DNA from: Candidatus Nomurabacteria bacterium
Lineage (GTDB): Bacteria > Patescibacteriota > Saccharimonadia > Saccharimonadales > UBA7683
Assembly: GCA_020631865.1 (NCBI GenBank)
Contig: JACKGS010000003.1
Location: 45,098 to 69,097 of the forward strand
Length of the DNA stretch: 24,000 bases
Direction: 5' to 3'
Shown piece after piece: positions 23,447-24,000 of the stretch (positions are counted from its first letter, which is position 1; each line of letters begins with the position of its first letter). The position numbers and the translations under genes are program-made. The notes under the pieces are model-generated. The model had not been told where the DNA came from. It was given only the letters and a program-made list of their open reading frames with translations, and ran no database searches.

Positions 23447-24000
23447 TATACTTCTCGTAATTTTCTATGTATTTCAACCATAGCAAGTGTGTCGAGCTTG
23501 CAGTACTCGACAAGGTCACTGAATATTTTTTCTTTTTCATCTGGATGCTTGCCATCAAGTGCGGCCTCCATCCAAAGTCGCTGGGCAGTTCCACCTTCTT
23601 GAATATCCAGAGTTTTGTAAGAAAGTTCTGGTACTAAAACTGGAAGCACATTCTTAATTGAGGCACTGCCACAAAAATCTGCATCAACGTAGTAGTTCTG
23701 CGAAAACGGAATCATTAGATCTACCATCCGATTATTTATGTCTGCTAAAAATTCTGCGGCTTCTGGAACAAAATGCATGAGCGTATTATTGCAACTTTTT
23801 TCAAAGCCCATGTTCCAGGCAATTACTGATCCAGAACTACCAAAGTGGGACTGCATTGCAGCGACAACTGAAGCGGCGGGATTAGAGTTTTCGCGGTGTA
23901 AGTACTCTTCATGACGAAGGGGTGCATCTGGAGCGTCCAGTATGTGTAGAGAGTACTGAAACGGGTACTGAGCATACGGACGCATACCGTCAAAGTAGGG
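23446..24000 (-). CDS. DUF2779 domain-containing protein, C-terminal part (the gene continues beyond the window end)
   Basis: YPFQYSLHIL, SVIAWNMGFEKS, GSASIKNVLPVLVPELSY and VEYCKLDTLAMVEIHRKL match the DUF2779 (RecB-like exonuclease-fold) pattern. The frame is open to base 24000. Confidence 0.75.
   Translation of the reverse strand, partial: PYFDGMRPYAQYPFQYSLHILDAPDAPLRHEEYLHRENSNPAASVVAAMQSHFGSSGSVIAWNMGFEKSCNNTLMHFVPEAAEFLADINNRMVDLMIPFSQNYYVDADFCGSASIKNVLPVLVPELSYKTLDIQEGGTAQRLWMEAALDGKHPDEKEKIFSDLVEYCKLDTLAMVEIHRKLREV

Noticed and set aside
1481-23602. Antisense or nested ORFs inside well-supported genes (1481-1678, 2766-2957, 7068-7259, 8412-8594, 8987-9241, 9769-9954, 13375-13578, 13640-13825, 14878-15114, 14901-15278, 17052-17366, 19340-19567, 20356-20559, 20989-21204, 21033-21227, 21384-21632, 21973-22209, 22398-22616, 22513-22767, 23219-23602)
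   Set aside because: Each is fully or largely contained in a longer ORF with clear family motifs or sits on the opposite strand. None has a recognisable motif.
1-24000. CRISPR arrays, rRNA genes, transposases or integrases, and stop-codon reassignment
   Set aside because: I saw no regularly spaced direct repeats of CRISPR type, no rRNA-like sequence, and no transposase or integrase motifs in any listed ORF. TGA ends the VirB4 and VirB6-like genes and TAG ends gltX, so the standard code 11 applies, rather than the UGA-recoding seen in some CPR lineages.

Overview
This is AT-rich, tightly packed bacterial DNA that uses the standard genetic code: TAA, TAG and TGA all terminate recognisable genes. 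The gene content includes a PEGA-domain protein, a membrane sortase, DUF3048, a compact Gram-positive-type T4SS and many stop/start overlaps. That mix reads like a Patescibacteria/CPR (Saccharibacteria-like) genome, but this is inference only. Positions 1-8.5 kb hold core genes: tRNA-Leu(CAA), sortase, PEGA protein, gltX, a SpoU/TrmH methyltransferase and DUF3048. Positions 8.9-24 kb are accessory. The centrepiece is not visible in the ORF track. It is a complete diversity-generating retroelement (DGR) on the minus strand. Its parts are a 471-aa secreted lectin-like target protein whose last 57 codons form the variable repeat (VR 11624-11794), a DGR-type reverse transcriptase (10444-11529), and a non-coding template repeat (TR 10032-10202). 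TR and VR align gap-free over 171 nt with 24 mismatches, and every mismatch sits at a template adenine. The gene order is target-RT-TR and no Avd gene is present. The cassette is visibly GC-richer than its flanks. It is bracketed by two diverged direct-repeat modules of about 295 bp (9703-9994 and 13319-13615). Each module starts with a 19-nt tRNA-3'-end-like sequence, continues with a hairpin-rich core of equal length, and ends in a conserved small peptide-coding segment. To the right lie an HKD/PLD nuclease and a seven-gene T4SS operon: pilin, a pilin-VirB6 fusion, VirB3-like, a split VirB4, a CHAP hydrolase and a VirD4-like coupling ATPase. A macro-domain protein and a DUF2779 protein follow. 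I found no CRISPR array, rRNA gene or transposase.
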